64,000 nucleotides of DNA from contig CANRPK010000001.1 in assembly GCA_947632455.1 (NCBI GenBank), forward strand, positions 18,228 through 82,227, written 5' to 3'. Below, piece by piece: positions 13,085-23,884 of this stretch. The notes under the pieces were generated by a model. The model worked only from the letters and a program-made list of their open reading frames with translations. It did not search any database and was not told the DNA's origin. The stretch comes from an uncultured Bacilli bacterium (GTDB lineage: Bacteria; Bacillota_I; Bacilli_A; RF39; UBA660). Every line of letters starts with the position of its first letter. The first letter of the stretch is position 1. Both the position numbers and the translations under genes were made by a program.

Positions 13085-14264
13085 AATTATAATAAGCATG
13101 TCCGGCCTCTAATGGTTTATTTTTAAGTTTTGCTAATTCTGAAACACTTACAACATTATAACCATTTACATAAAGCCATGGCAAAATTTCATCTAAAGCT
13201 TGATAACTAGTTTCATATAATTCATGCATTAAAATAATTGAACCATCACTAACATTATTTTTAATATATTCAACTATATGATTAACATCATGATAGCGCC
13301 AATCTTCTGTATCTAAATTCCATAATATTAAAGGATCATCAATATTTTGTAAATTAGTTTTATTATAAGAACCATATGGTGGTCTAACTAACTTAATAGT
13401 ATCATTAGTAACACTAGTATATATATCTTCTACCTTTTTTAAACTATTTTGATAATTAGCTATACTATTACTCTTAATATTCATATGTTCATAAGTATGG
13501 GACCCTATTTCATTCCCAAACATATAAGTATTTTTAACACACTCTTCACAACTCTTCATCATATTACCAACCATAAAAAATGTTGCGTGTGCTTTATTAT
13601 TAGCTAAAGCTTCTAAGAAATAATGATTATATACTTTAGTTGGTCCATCATCAAAAGTAAGAGCGACACTTTTTTTATTAGGATCATAATTATATCCATC
13701 TTCATTTTCATATTGAGAATCTAAAACTGGCGTAAATTTAATTAATTTTTTTACTTCATTATAATTAATTTTTAAACTTACTTGTTCTTTATATTCATAT
13801 GGAAATTCTAATCTATCATAATATATAATAACTTCATTATCTTTAACATAATAAGTTTTAGCGGGATTTTCATTAATAATTGTATCTGCAATAAATTTAG
13901 GATATTTTAAATTTAGTAATTCTTGTTCCTTTTCTGCAAATTTATCTTGATCTTTTATTAAATCCTCAAAAGATATATATTCTCCTGTCTTAGTATCAAT
14001 TATTATATTTTTATATTTATCTTCGACTAAATATACTAAACTTTTTATTTCTTTTATTTGCCTAGATTCATATTCTAAAGAATAATCCTTATTTTCTTCT
14101 TTTACTTGAGCAATTATTTCATTTATTTTAACCTTTTGCTCTTCTGCTTTTTTAGTTTCATCTATTTTCTCTTCTTTAAAAAGCATAAAATAACCTATTC
14201 CTAAAATGCCAATAAAAGCAATCGTTACTAAAACCAAAATCCACCAATTTTGTTTAATATTCAT
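13077..14264 (-). CDS. polysaccharide deacetylase family protein (NodB homology domain), membrane-anchored
   Basis: 395 aa; N-terminal TM; NodB motifs TFDDGP and HxxxH (HTYEHMN), followed by RPPYG. Confidence 0.8.
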   Translation of the reverse strand: MNIKQNWWILVLVTIAFIGILGIGYFMLFKEEKIDETKKAEEQKVKINEIIAQVKEENKDYSLEYESRQIKEIKSLVYLVEDKYKNIIIDTKTGEYISFEDLIKDQDKFAEKEQELLNLKYPKFIADTIINENPAKTYYVKDNEVIIYYDRLEFPYEYKEQVSLKINYNEVKKLIKFTPVLDSQYENEDGYNYDPNKKSVALTFDDGPTKVYNHYFLEALANNKAHATFFMVGNMMKSCEECVKNTYMFGNEIGSHTYEHMNIKSNSIANYQNSLKKVEDIYTSVTNDTIKLVRPPYGSYNKTNLQNIDDPLILWNLDTEDWRYHDVNHIVEYIKNNVSDGSIILMHELYETSYQALDEILPWLYVNGYNVVSVSELAKLKNKPLEAGHAYYNFK

Positions 14265-14297
14265 CTAACTCACTACCTAGATTTATTATATCTCAAA

Positions 14298-15704
14298 TTA
14301 AATATTTTTTACATCTTTTTTATCAAAGTAAATATAAGTTATACATAACATGACAATCAAATATACCCCCACTACAATTAAAGATGTTGTCGCTGAAAAA
14401 TTATAAGGATTAGCTTCTAAATTAACTAAATAATTAAAATCCCAATGTAAGAAAACTAAATAATTAAATATTTTAAATTTATAAACTAAAGCTAAATTAG
14501 CAATAACATTACCAATTAAATATATTAAGAAAGCTATAGTAATGGCTGCACTAGTTGAAGCCATAATAGTACTAATCATAAAGGCAATAACTCCTAAAAT
14601 TAGATAAAGTGGAATATTACATAATAAAGTTAAAACTAAATATCTAAAAATATTCCATGTTTTTATTATGCCATGACTATATAACACTACAGGTACATTA
14701 AGTGAACTAAAACCAAAAATCATTCCGCCCATAATAATCTCAATACTGCACATCATTACCATCACTATTGGAATAAATAATAATACTGTAATTAATTTAC
14801 TAGTTAAAATAGTACTTCTTTTATAAGGTCTTGTAAGTAATGATTTAATCGTTCCTTTATTAAATTCTTCGCTAACAATCGAACCACTAATCATTATAAT
14901 ATAAATTAAAATAAATAAATCAAACTCCTGAGAAAAATTTTTAAGAACTGCTCTTAAACTTTGATCATTATTAATATCAACTTTATGTTCAATAATATAT
15001 TTGTTTATTTGCATTTCTTTTGTAATATAATCAAATCTTGTTTTCTCTTCCTTAGTTAAACTACTAGCATATTTTAAATTATAATACTCTGCTATATCTA
15101 TTGCAATTTCATTTAAAGCATTATGTAAATAATTATCTTTATCATAGGCAATCCCTTCATTTAAACGATATTCTTCCATCTTTAATAAAGTATTATATCG
15201 CTCTTTTGTTGAAGTATCTAAATCATCTTTTAATGCTTCCTTATAATTTGCAATATTAAGTTTTGTAAAATATTCCCAATTCTCTTTTCTTATCTTTTCT
15301 TCAATATCTTTTATTTCTTCATCTATTTTTTCTAATTTAGCATCTTCTAAAGAAATATATTTATAATTTAAATATAAACTTATTTTAGGTGCCAAATATC
15401 TTTCAATTAAATATTTTTGAACATTACTATCATATTCATCTTTATATTTTTCTACTTCTATTTTTTCTAAATTAGCTACATAAGTTTCTAAATCTTTTTT
15501 TAAACTTAAATCTAAAGATTTATTTTCGTCTTCTAAATAGGTGATATCTTCTTCATATTCATTTAATATATCGCTATTTTGATAAATAACATTCGTTAAT
15601 AAGCAATATAAAATAAAAATTAAAGTTACAATTAAAAAACTTTTTTTCTTAATTATTTTTATAAATTCTGCTTTAATTAAACTAAACATTTTTACCTCCA
15701 GCAA
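14298..15704 (-). CDS. ABC-2 family transporter permease
   Basis: 468 aa; N-terminal TM, a large extracytoplasmic loop, then five or more TM helices; overlaps the ATPase gene (translational coupling). Confidence 0.7.
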   Translation of the reverse strand: MLEVKMFSLIKAEFIKIIKKKSFLIVTLIFILYCLLTNVIYQNSDILNEYEEDITYLEDENKSLDLSLKKDLETYVANLEKIEVEKYKDEYDSNVQKYLIERYLAPKISLYLNYKYISLEDAKLEKIDEEIKDIEEKIRKENWEYFTKLNIANYKEALKDDLDTSTKERYNTLLKMEEYRLNEGIAYDKDNYLHNALNEIAIDIAEYYNLKYASSLTKEEKTRFDYITKEMQINKYIIEHKVDINNDQSLRAVLKNFSQEFDLFILIYIIMISGSIVSEEFNKGTIKSLLTRPYKRSTILTSKLITVLLFIPIVMVMMCSIEIIMGGMIFGFSSLNVPVVLYSHGIIKTWNIFRYLVLTLLCNIPLYLILGVIAFMISTIMASTSAAITIAFLIYLIGNVIANLALVYKFKIFNYLVFLHWDFNYLVNLEANPYNFSATTSLIVVGVYLIVMLCITYIYFDKKDVKNI

Positions 15705-16578
15705 TATTGATAAATGCTTCTTCTAAAGTAAGAGATTCCTTTATCACTTCATATATATCTATTTTATTATTAACTAAAACTCGAATAAATTCTGAAATAC
15801 AATCTTCATCTTTATAAACTTCAAAATAATTATTATCTATTACTTTAATTCCCTCTAATTTTAATTTAGTTAACTTCTTAGTATCATCTATTTTTATTCG
15901 ATATTTTACTTCACTTAAATTTTTTAAAGTATCAATACTACTTTCTTTAATAATTGAACCATTTGATATAATACATACTTTGTTGCAAAAACTCTCTAAC
16001 TCACTTAAATTATGACTTGAAATTAATATTCCAACCCTTTGTTTAGCTAAGTTTATTAATAATTCTCTTAAATCTTTAATTCCTTCAGGATCTAACCCAT
16101 TAGTAGGTTCATCTAATATTAGTAAATTAGGATTGTTTATTAACGCTATTGCAATTCCTAATCTTTGACGCATACCTAAAGAATATTTACTAACTTTATC
16201 ATTGATTCTATTTTCTAATCCCACTAATTTAATAACGCGATATATTTCTTCATCTGTAATATTTTTATATAAACTTGCTTGTAATCTTAAATTATCCATA
16301 CCTGATAAATACATATAAACATCCGGAGCTTCAACTATTGCTCCAACTCTAGTAATAGCCCTAACAAAATCTTTTTTAATATCAAAACCATTGATTGTAA
16401 TTTCTCCACCATTTATCTTTTGAAGTCCTAAAATACATTTTATAGTGGTAGTTTTACCCGCTCCATTAGGACCTATAAAAGCTAATATTTCCCCTTCATT
16501 TACTTCAAAAGATACAGCCTTTAATACTTCCTTTTTGCCAAATCTTTTATTTAAGTTTGCTACTTTTAAAATTGCCAT
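15682..16578 (-). CDS. ABC transporter ATP-binding protein
   Basis: Walker A GPNGAGKTT, ABC signature LSGGMRQRLG, Walker B LLILDEP; AAGGAG ribosome-binding site. Confidence 0.9.
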   Translation of the reverse strand: MAILKVANLNKRFGKKEVLKAVSFEVNEGEILAFIGPNGAGKTTTIKCILGLQKINGGEITINGFDIKKDFVRAITRVGAIVEAPDVYMYLSGMDNLRLQASLYKNITDEEIYRVIKLVGLENRINDKVSKYSLGMRQRLGIAIALINNPNLLILDEPTNGLDPEGIKDLRELLINLAKQRVGILISSHNLSELESFCNKVCIISNGSIIKESSIDTLKNLSEVKYRIKIDDTKKLTKLKLEGIKVIDNNYFEVYKDEDCISEFIRVLVNNKIDIYEVIKESLTLEEAFINIAGGKNV

Positions 16579-16661
16579 TTTTTCTCCTTTTTTAACTCAA
16601 GTGAAATAGATAATATTAATATATCACAAAACCCTAATTTCCTCAAGTATATAAAAAGTGA

Positions 16662-18686
16662 CTATTTAACATAGCCACATTGCTCACATATCACATTTTT
16701 ATTTTTTATAACTAATAAGTTTTGACAATTAGGACATATTTCTTTAGTTGGCTCATACCAAGTCGCATAATCACATTTTGGAAAATTACTGCATCCATAA
16801 AAGATTTTACCTCTTTTAGTTTTGCGTTTTACAATATCATGTTCACATTTAGGACATTTACCAAAAGAAACTATTTCTTTTTCTTCCTTCTTAATGTATT
16901 TGCAAGTTGGATAATTACTACAAGCAACAAATTCTCCATATTTACCAGTTCTAACCACTAAATCATTTCCACATAAAGGACAAACTTCACCTGTTTTTTC
17001 TGGTTCTTTTTTCTCCATTTCTTTAAAAGCTTTTTCTACTAAAGGGGCAAACTTTGTATAAAAGTCATTTAATACTTTAATATTATCTAACTTATCTTCC
17101 GCAATTTGATCTAATTCATTTTCCATATTAGCCGTATATTCTACATTTACTATATCACTAAAGAATTCTTGTAATTTATCTGTAGATTCATAACCAATAT
17201 CCGTCGGTATAAACTTTTTATCTTCTAGTGTAACATATCCTCGATCCTTAATTGTTTTCATAATTGTCGCATATGTACTAGGACGTCCTATACCTAAAGC
17301 TTCCATTTCTTTAATTAAACTAGATTCAGTATATCTTGGTGCCGGTTTAGTAAAATGTTGATATTTATCAATACTATTTGCTACAACTACATCACTATGA
17401 TAATTTTTAAAATCTGGTAAAATAGTATCTTCAGTATCTTCATACTCTTTATAAACTTTTAAATAGCCATCAAATTTTAAAACACTTCCAGTCGCTTTAA
17501 ACAAATAACCATTATTTTCTAAATCAACAACGGTTGCTAAAGTTTTAGCACTACTCATAAGATAAGCTAAACTTCGAATATAAATTAAGCGATATAACTT
17601 ATATTCATCATTACTTAAATACTCTTTAATAGACTCTGGAGTTCGCATAATACTAGTAGGTCTTATAGCTTCATGAGCATCTTGAGCTCCTTTAGGTTCT
17701 TTAGCTACTTTAACACTTCCTACGTATTCATCGCCATATTTTCCTTTTATGTATTTTTTAGTATCATTAACAAATACTTCACTTAATCTAGTAGAATCTG
17801 TACGCATATAAGTAATTAAACCTACTGTTTCTTTTCCAATATTCATACCTTCATATAATTTTTGAGCAATTTGCATAGTTTTACTAGATGAAAAATTAAG
17901 TCTATTCGCGGCCATTTGTTGTAAAGTTGAAGTTCTAAAAGGATCTTTAGGTGCTTTCATCTTTTCTTTTTCTTCTACATTAGCAATCCTAAATGATAAC
18001 GATAATGCTTTTAAAATTTCATTAGCTTGAACTTCTGTATGGATTTCTACTTTTTTATTATGGTATTTTTCTAAAACTGCTTTAAAATCTTTAAAATCCG
18101 CTTCTATCGTCCAATATTCTTCTGGAACAAATGCTTCTATTTCTCTTTCTCTATCTACCACTAATTTAACTGCAACACTTTGTACCCGTCCTGCACTTTT
18201 ACCCCCAGTTTTCCTTTGCATTAATTTACTTAATCTAAAACCAATTATTCGATCTAACATTCTTCTTGTTTCTTGTGATTTAACTAAATCCATATCTATT
18301 TTTCGAGGATTATTCATTGAATTAACTACAACATCTTTAGTTATCTCATTAAATACTACTCTTTCATATTTATCTTCATTTAACTTTAATTCATCAAATA
18401 AATGCCAAGATATTGCCTCTCCTTCACGATCGGGATCGGTTGCTAATATTACTTTATCGGCACTTTTAGCTAATTTTTTCAAACTAGCTATATCTTTTGC
18501 TTTACCTTTTATTGCAATATAATTAGGTTTAAAATTATCTTCTATATCTATACCTAATCCATATTTACCGGTTGTAGCTAAATCTCTAATATGTCCCTTA
18601 CTAGAAACAACTTTATAATCCCCACCTAAATATTTTTCAATCGTTTTACTTTTAGCTGGAGACTCTACAATTACTAAATTATTCAT
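16662..18686 (-). CDS. topA: DNA topoisomerase I
   Basis: 674 aa; TOPRIM N-terminus (LVIVESPAKSKTIEKYLG); C-terminal C4 zinc ribbons. Confidence 0.95.
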   Translation of the reverse strand: MNNLVIVESPAKSKTIEKYLGGDYKVVSSKGHIRDLATTGKYGLGIDIEDNFKPNYIAIKGKAKDIASLKKLAKSADKVILATDPDREGEAISWHLFDELKLNEDKYERVVFNEITKDVVVNSMNNPRKIDMDLVKSQETRRMLDRIIGFRLSKLMQRKTGGKSAGRVQSVAVKLVVDREREIEAFVPEEYWTIEADFKDFKAVLEKYHNKKVEIHTEVQANEILKALSLSFRIANVEEKEKMKAPKDPFRTSTLQQMAANRLNFSSSKTMQIAQKLYEGMNIGKETVGLITYMRTDSTRLSEVFVNDTKKYIKGKYGDEYVGSVKVAKEPKGAQDAHEAIRPTSIMRTPESIKEYLSNDEYKLYRLIYIRSLAYLMSSAKTLATVVDLENNGYLFKATGSVLKFDGYLKVYKEYEDTEDTILPDFKNYHSDVVVANSIDKYQHFTKPAPRYTESSLIKEMEALGIGRPSTYATIMKTIKDRGYVTLEDKKFIPTDIGYESTDKLQEFFSDIVNVEYTANMENELDQIAEDKLDNIKVLNDFYTKFAPLVEKAFKEMEKKEPEKTGEVCPLCGNDLVVRTGKYGEFVACSNYPTCKYIKKEEKEIVSFGKCPKCEHDIVKRKTKRGKIFYGCSNFPKCDYATWYEPTKEICPNCQNLLVIKNKNVICEQCGYVK

Positions 18687-18704
18687 AATAGTTATCCTTT
18701 CTAA

Positions 18705-20747
18705 TTATTCCGAAGTGGCCTTATAATTATCCATTTTTTTCTTTAAATATTCAAAATAATTATTTTTAATCGCTAAACTACTCATATCTAATTTTAAACT
18801 CACTAATTCATTTATGCCAAGTAATTCTTCATCACTATACACTTTTGATGTATAGTAATTAATAGTATTTGTCGTTGTACTATAAAAACCTATTGCGTTT
18901 TTCCATGAACCATCCGCGAATATTACCATATCATCTATATCATCACTTAAAATATCATGTCCCATATATAATCTAGAATCATAATCTAAATTAAATAAAT
19001 TAGCAATCGTTGGAGTTATATCGATATAACTAGTATAATCATCATATATTTTATTCGTTAATTCACTATTATAAATAATAAAAGGTACTTGATCCGCATT
19101 ATTATCTATATTAATTTCATATCCATAAGCTTCAGATAAATTTTTATTTGATAATGCATAAGGATAATGATCTGCATATAACACAATAACTGTATCATCT
19201 AATATATCTCTTTCTTCTAAGCCTTCTAATAATACCCCTATTGCTTCATCTACCGTTTTTAATTTTGACATATATCTTCTAACATCTTTTGCATATTCAC
19301 TAGGCATTAAATCTAAATATTTATCATTATAAGTACTAGAATTAGAATAAGGTTGATGTGCCGTCACTGTTGTAATCCATGACATAAATGGTCCTTCTTC
19401 CCTTTCGTCTAAACTCTTTAAATAGAAATTCATTAAATCAACATCACTTGCCCAATCTCCATAAGTTGTTCCATAATAAATATCCATATCTTGTACTTTA
19501 TAAAACTTTTTACTTCCCATATTTTTATGAATAGTTGTTCGATAATAATATTCATCAAAATTATTATGATAACTGCTTGTATTATAACCTTTTTGATTAA
19601 ATAAGTTAAATATACTCTCAAAATAAGTATTTTTACGATATACATTAGCCGTACAATTATTATAAATAGAATATAACGAAATCATTCCACTCATTTCATT
19701 ATTACCTGTACTACAAGTATTTCTTGGTGAATAATAATTTTTCCATGACCATCCTTCATTATATAATTTACTAATATTAGGATATAACTCTTCATTAAGC
19801 ATTAAATTACTACCAGACTCTGCCATAATTATAATTAAATTTTTTCCTTCAAATAATCCAGTATAATCATTAGTCATTGTACTATCTTTACTAATAAAAT
19901 ATTTATTTAAAGCATTATAATTTTTATTAGTCTCATTATCAATTAAATCTTTCCAAAAATCATTATCCACGGTTAAATGAGGAATATATTCTTTATGTTC
20001 TACTTCTAAATCAGTATTAGGTATTAAATTTGGATCATAAGAGACATTAATATTTTGATCTTCCCCAGGAAAGAAATATTCTTTTATATCTAATAAAGCA
20101 AAAGAAATATAACCAAAATCATTAATCGCTAAACTAGGATTATCTGGTTTTTTAAATAATTCTAAACTTGTTTCTACTTGAGTTTTATTTTGCATAAAAG
20201 AAAATTCCAATGTTCCTATATAAGTTAAAATCAAAGAACTAAGTACAAATAAATATATAAAGAAATATAAAATATTTTTCTTACCCTTTTTCTTCTTTGG
20301 CATATCTAAAACAATCTTTTTATCAATAAAAATATAATAAATAAATACTATAATAAATGGAATTAATAATAAATAATAAAACCATTTAAAACTCATTACA
20401 AAATCTTTAGTATATGAAAGTACTGCCCCAGCTTGAGAACTAGTACTAACGGAAGCAAATACTCCCAAAAAATTCTTAAATCCTAATTCGGCTATTCCAT
20501 AAATACTTGCAATAAATATCAAAAAAGAATTTATTATTTTCGCTACAATATTAGGTAATTTTTTTTCTATAAATGCTATAATAAAAGCTATTATTGCTAC
20601 TCCTAAACTAACTCTTAAAAAAGAGTACTCTAATAAATTTAACTTGGAAATTAATCTAAATTCTAATTCTAAAATCATAAAACTTCCAAATAAAATTATA
20701 AAGTTCCTCCCAAAATTATTTTGCCATATTTTCAATACTTTTTTCAT
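18705..20747 (-). CDS. LtaS-family lipoteichoic acid synthase / phosphoglycerol transferase (sulfatase superfamily)
   Basis: 680 aa; about five N-terminal TM helices followed by an extracellular alkaline-phosphatase-like domain. Confidence 0.75.
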   Translation of the reverse strand: MKKVLKIWQNNFGRNFIILFGSFMILELEFRLISKLNLLEYSFLRVSLGVAIIAFIIAFIEKKLPNIVAKIINSFLIFIASIYGIAELGFKNFLGVFASVSTSSQAGAVLSYTKDFVMSFKWFYYLLLIPFIIVFIYYIFIDKKIVLDMPKKKKGKKNILYFFIYLFVLSSLILTYIGTLEFSFMQNKTQVETSLELFKKPDNPSLAINDFGYISFALLDIKEYFFPGEDQNINVSYDPNLIPNTDLEVEHKEYIPHLTVDNDFWKDLIDNETNKNYNALNKYFISKDSTMTNDYTGLFEGKNLIIIMAESGSNLMLNEELYPNISKLYNEGWSWKNYYSPRNTCSTGNNEMSGMISLYSIYNNCTANVYRKNTYFESIFNLFNQKGYNTSSYHNNFDEYYYRTTIHKNMGSKKFYKVQDMDIYYGTTYGDWASDVDLMNFYLKSLDEREEGPFMSWITTVTAHQPYSNSSTYNDKYLDLMPSEYAKDVRRYMSKLKTVDEAIGVLLEGLEERDILDDTVIVLYADHYPYALSNKNLSEAYGYEINIDNNADQVPFIIYNSELTNKIYDDYTSYIDITPTIANLFNLDYDSRLYMGHDILSDDIDDMVIFADGSWKNAIGFYSTTTNTINYYTSKVYSDEELLGINELVSLKLDMSSLAIKNNYFEYLKKKMDNYKATSE

Positions 20748-21375
20748 CCTGTTCCTCCAACAATTCTCTTACTGGTTTATATGATACACGATATTCTTCC
20801 ATAATACCATACTTTTTTATTAAATTTAAATGTTCTTTCGTCGGGTATCCTTTATGTTTTTTTAAATTATATTCCGGATATTTTTTATCTAACTCATACA
20901 TTATATGATCTCTTGTAACTTTTGCTACTACACTCGCCGCGGCAATCGATAAAGATAAAGCATCTCCATGAATTATTGGTCTTGATGGAATATCAATATC
21001 ATCTAAACTCATTGCATCACTAAGTATATATTGTGGTGTAACCTCTAAATTATTTAAGGCTATATACATAGCTTTTCTTGATGCTTCTAAAATATTTATC
21101 TCATCAATTTCTTTAGCTTCAACTATTCCAACCCCAATACTTATTGCTTCTTTTTGTAATATTTTAAAATATTCTTCTCTTTTCTTTTCACTTAATTGCT
21201 TAGAATCTGTTAACCCCTCTAATTTATAATTTACTGGTAAAATTACTGCTCCTGCTACTACTGGGCCACACAAAGGACCTCTTCCTGCTTCATCTACTCC
21301 TGCTATTAAAGTAATGTTATTTTTATATAATTCTTTTTCATATTTTAGTAGATTAGATTTCATTATCAAACACAA
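20716..21375 (-). CDS. rnhB: ribonuclease HII
   Basis: LIAGVDEAGRGPLCGPVV N-terminal signature; conserved pairing with rbgA. Confidence 0.9.
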   Translation of the reverse strand: MCLIMKSNLLKYEKELYKNNITLIAGVDEAGRGPLCGPVVAGAVILPVNYKLEGLTDSKQLSEKKREEYFKILQKEAISIGVGIVEAKEIDEINILEASRKAMYIALNNLEVTPQYILSDAMSLDDIDIPSRPIIHGDALSLSIAAASVVAKVTRDHIMYELDKKYPEYNLKKHKGYPTKEHLNLIKKYGIMEEYRVSYKPVRELLEEQDEKSIENMAK

Positions 21376-22219
21376 TTCCTTTTATATATTCATCTTTTAA
21401 ATCATTAATTATTTTAGTACTAACTCTTTCATAATCTACTTCATTATTTTTAATTGCTCCCATTTTTCTCCCAATAACATCATATACTTCTTCTAAATCC
21501 AATACATTTTGAGGAGTTATTTCATATCGTTCTTTTAATTTATCTGGATAATATTTATTTAACTTATTTAATATATGATAAGCTACTTCATTAACATCAA
21601 ATACATCTATTTTAATCGCCGAAAGAGCAGCTAAATTTCGAGCTACTTCCGCATTCTCTAGCTTTGGCCATAATATTCCTGGTGTATCTAATAAAACAAT
21701 ATTATGATTTGTTTTAAGCCATGTTAAGTTTTTAGTAAATCCTGGCACATTTCCTACTCCCGCTACTTTTCTTCCAACTAATTTATTAATTAATGTAGAT
21801 TTACCTACATTTGGAATACCCACTACTAAAACTCTAACTTCTTTTTTATTTAACCCTTTTTCTGCTCTTTTATCTTGCATATTTTCCATCAATTCATGAG
21901 TAGTATCAATTATTTTTTTAATATCACTATCATCATTTAAATCACAAGCTAAAACCTTATTTCCTAAATTTTCATAATACCTAACCCAACGATCAAGCAT
22001 TACTCTATCAGCTAAATCTTTTTTTGTCATAATAAGAATTTTTTGCTTAGATCCAATAACATCATATATATTAGTTATTTTTGAACTTCTAGGAATTCTA
22101 GCATCAATCAACTCATAAACCATATCAATATTTTTATATTCTTTAATCATTAATTTTTTAGCTTTTTCCATATGTCCTGGATACCAATTAATATCCGTTG
22201 TTGCCTTTTCCCTTAACAT
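21353..22219 (-). CDS. rbgA: ribosome biogenesis GTPase A (YlqF/RbgA)
   Basis: WYPGHM signature; circularly permuted GTPase motifs (G4 before G1 GIPNVGKST). Confidence 0.9.
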   Translation of the reverse strand: MLREKATTDINWYPGHMEKAKKLMIKEYKNIDMVYELIDARIPRSSKITNIYDVIGSKQKILIMTKKDLADRVMLDRWVRYYENLGNKVLACDLNDDSDIKKIIDTTHELMENMQDKRAEKGLNKKEVRVLVVGIPNVGKSTLINKLVGRKVAGVGNVPGFTKNLTWLKTNHNIVLLDTPGILWPKLENAEVARNLAALSAIKIDVFDVNEVAYHILNKLNKYYPDKLKERYEITPQNVLDLEEVYDVIGRKMGAIKNNEVDYERVSTKIINDLKDEYIKGIVFDNEI

Positions 22220-22234
22220 TTTAAAACCTTCCTT

Positions 22235-22549
22235 CTATTTTACATTATCATTAATCCAAGCTATTATTTCTTTACTAGCATTCTTAATTTCATAACTTGA
22301 AATTTCCGCGACATCATAATCATGGATCTTCTTTATTTCTTTCTCGATTTCCTTAAACTTACTTGCCTTAGTTCTAAATTCTAATTTGTATTCCTCACCA
22401 TTTTCCAGTTTATTATTCCACCAATATTTAGAACTAACTTTAGTTACTTGACTACCTGCAACTAATCTTTTCTCTAGCAATGTATCTATTATTTTATTGG
22501 CTATTTCTTCTTTATCACATAGTGTTGTTACAATTATCCATTTATTCAT
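22235..22549 (-). CDS. cutA: CutA1-like divalent-cation tolerance protein
   Basis: 104 aa; size and conserved Tyr-Trp/Glu core are typical of the CutA family. Confidence 0.55.
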   Translation of the reverse strand: MNKWIIVTTLCDKEEIANKIIDTLLEKRLVAGSQVTKVSSKYWWNNKLENGEEYKLEFRTKASKFKEIEKEIKKIHDYDVAEISSYEIKNASKEIIAWINDNVK

Positions 22550-23289
22550 AATTTGCCTCCAGCCTCTTTTAATAACAGAATAGATCTATATGCTTTTTCT
22601 TTTTCACTCAAAGAATATTTTGCACATCTTCTTGAAGGTGATGGTAACATTGTAATTCTAAAAATTTTATTATCTATTTTTGCCAGTGCCTTTTTTATTT
22701 TAACTCCAAATACTTCTATAATTTCTATATTTGTTAATTTACATTTATAAGCTTTTTTAAAATAATATATCGCTCCATAAGGAACATCATATCCCGTAAA
22801 TATTAATTCTACCGATGAAGGTATCTCTTTTAAACAATCAGTTAAAACTTCATTTTTTAAATTAATATCTCCTGCTTTACCATCTTTATGTTCACATTCT
22901 TCAATTAAATCAATAAAGCCGACATGATTATCTTCTGCCCATTTTATTTTTTTATCTTTATCTTTTAAGTTAAAAAATTGCCAAAATTCATTATTTTCAG
23001 ACTCATAAAAAAAAGCCTCATTCGAATTATAATATTCTTCATATAATTTATGACAATATTTCTTTGGAGGCATAGTTCCCACCACTATTTTATCAACTAT
23101 TTTCGGAAGATACATCCAATTTTTTTTATTACCCCATTTTGGATGAATAGATTTAACCTGTTTATCAAAATATCTGTATAAATTACCTACATTCTTTAAT
23201 ATCAAATCTTTTTTATCTTCCTCTAAACTAGCCCAATAATTATCAAATTTAGGCCAATCTATATCTTTAGTTATATCGATTTTTTCCAT
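22546..23289 (-). CDS. hypothetical protein (possibly a uracil-DNA-glycosylase-superfamily fold)
   Basis: 247 aa; weak resemblance to UDG-superfamily motifs (GTMPP near residue 70, LPSPS near the C-terminus). Function is uncertain. Confidence 0.4.
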   Translation of the reverse strand: MEKIDITKDIDWPKFDNYWASLEEDKKDLILKNVGNLYRYFDKQVKSIHPKWGNKKNWMYLPKIVDKIVVGTMPPKKYCHKLYEEYYNSNEAFFYESENNEFWQFFNLKDKDKKIKWAEDNHVGFIDLIEECEHKDGKAGDINLKNEVLTDCLKEIPSSVELIFTGYDVPYGAIYYFKKAYKCKLTNIEIIEVFGVKIKKALAKIDNKIFRITMLPSPSRRCAKYSLSEKEKAYRSILLLKEAGGKL

Positions 23290-23308
23290 TCTTACCTCCC
23301 CAAATTAT

Positions 23309-23806
23309 TTAATTATTAGAACTAACTTTTCCAAAGCTTTTAAAAGGATATAATATAAAATTAGTTGTACCCTTTATATTTTCTTTTTTTATTGGTCCAA
23401 ATTTACGAGAATCAAGAGAAATTAATCGATTATCGCCAAGTACAAAATACTCATCATCACCTAAAGTAATTTCATTTATATTATAAGTTACTCCATATCC
23501 ATATTCATCATCAATTACTTTTCCATTAATATAAATTTTACTATCCATGATTTCAATCTTTTCCCCTGGCATACCAATAACTCTTTTTATTAATTCGCCA
23601 TCTTCCTCTGGAACTTTTAAGACTACAATATCATATCTCTTAATATCAGATATTCTACTTAAAAGCATAACTTCTCCACCTTTTAATGTTGGATACATAC
23701 TTTCTCCATTAACTTTAACTGGTGTAGCTAAAAAAGTTCTTATTAGAACTACCACTACTATAATAACTACATAAGGAACCATACTTTTAATAAATTTCAT
23801 ATTCAA
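23309..23806 (-). CDS. lepB: signal peptidase I
   Basis: N-terminal TM; catalytic Ser box GESMYPTL; Lys box; GDNRxxSxDSR motif. Confidence 0.9.
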   Translation of the reverse strand: MNMKFIKSMVPYVVIIVVVVLIRTFLATPVKVNGESMYPTLKGGEVMLLSRISDIKRYDIVVLKVPEEDGELIKRVIGMPGEKIEIMDSKIYINGKVIDDEYGYGVTYNINEITLGDDEYFVLGDNRLISLDSRKFGPIKKENIKGTTNFILYPFKSFGKVSSNN

Positions 23807-23884
23807 TCACCTAATTTATTTAATAGTAACACGTTTTTTTTATTTGTTCAATATTTAAGCAAGAAAAAAGCAATATTTAACACC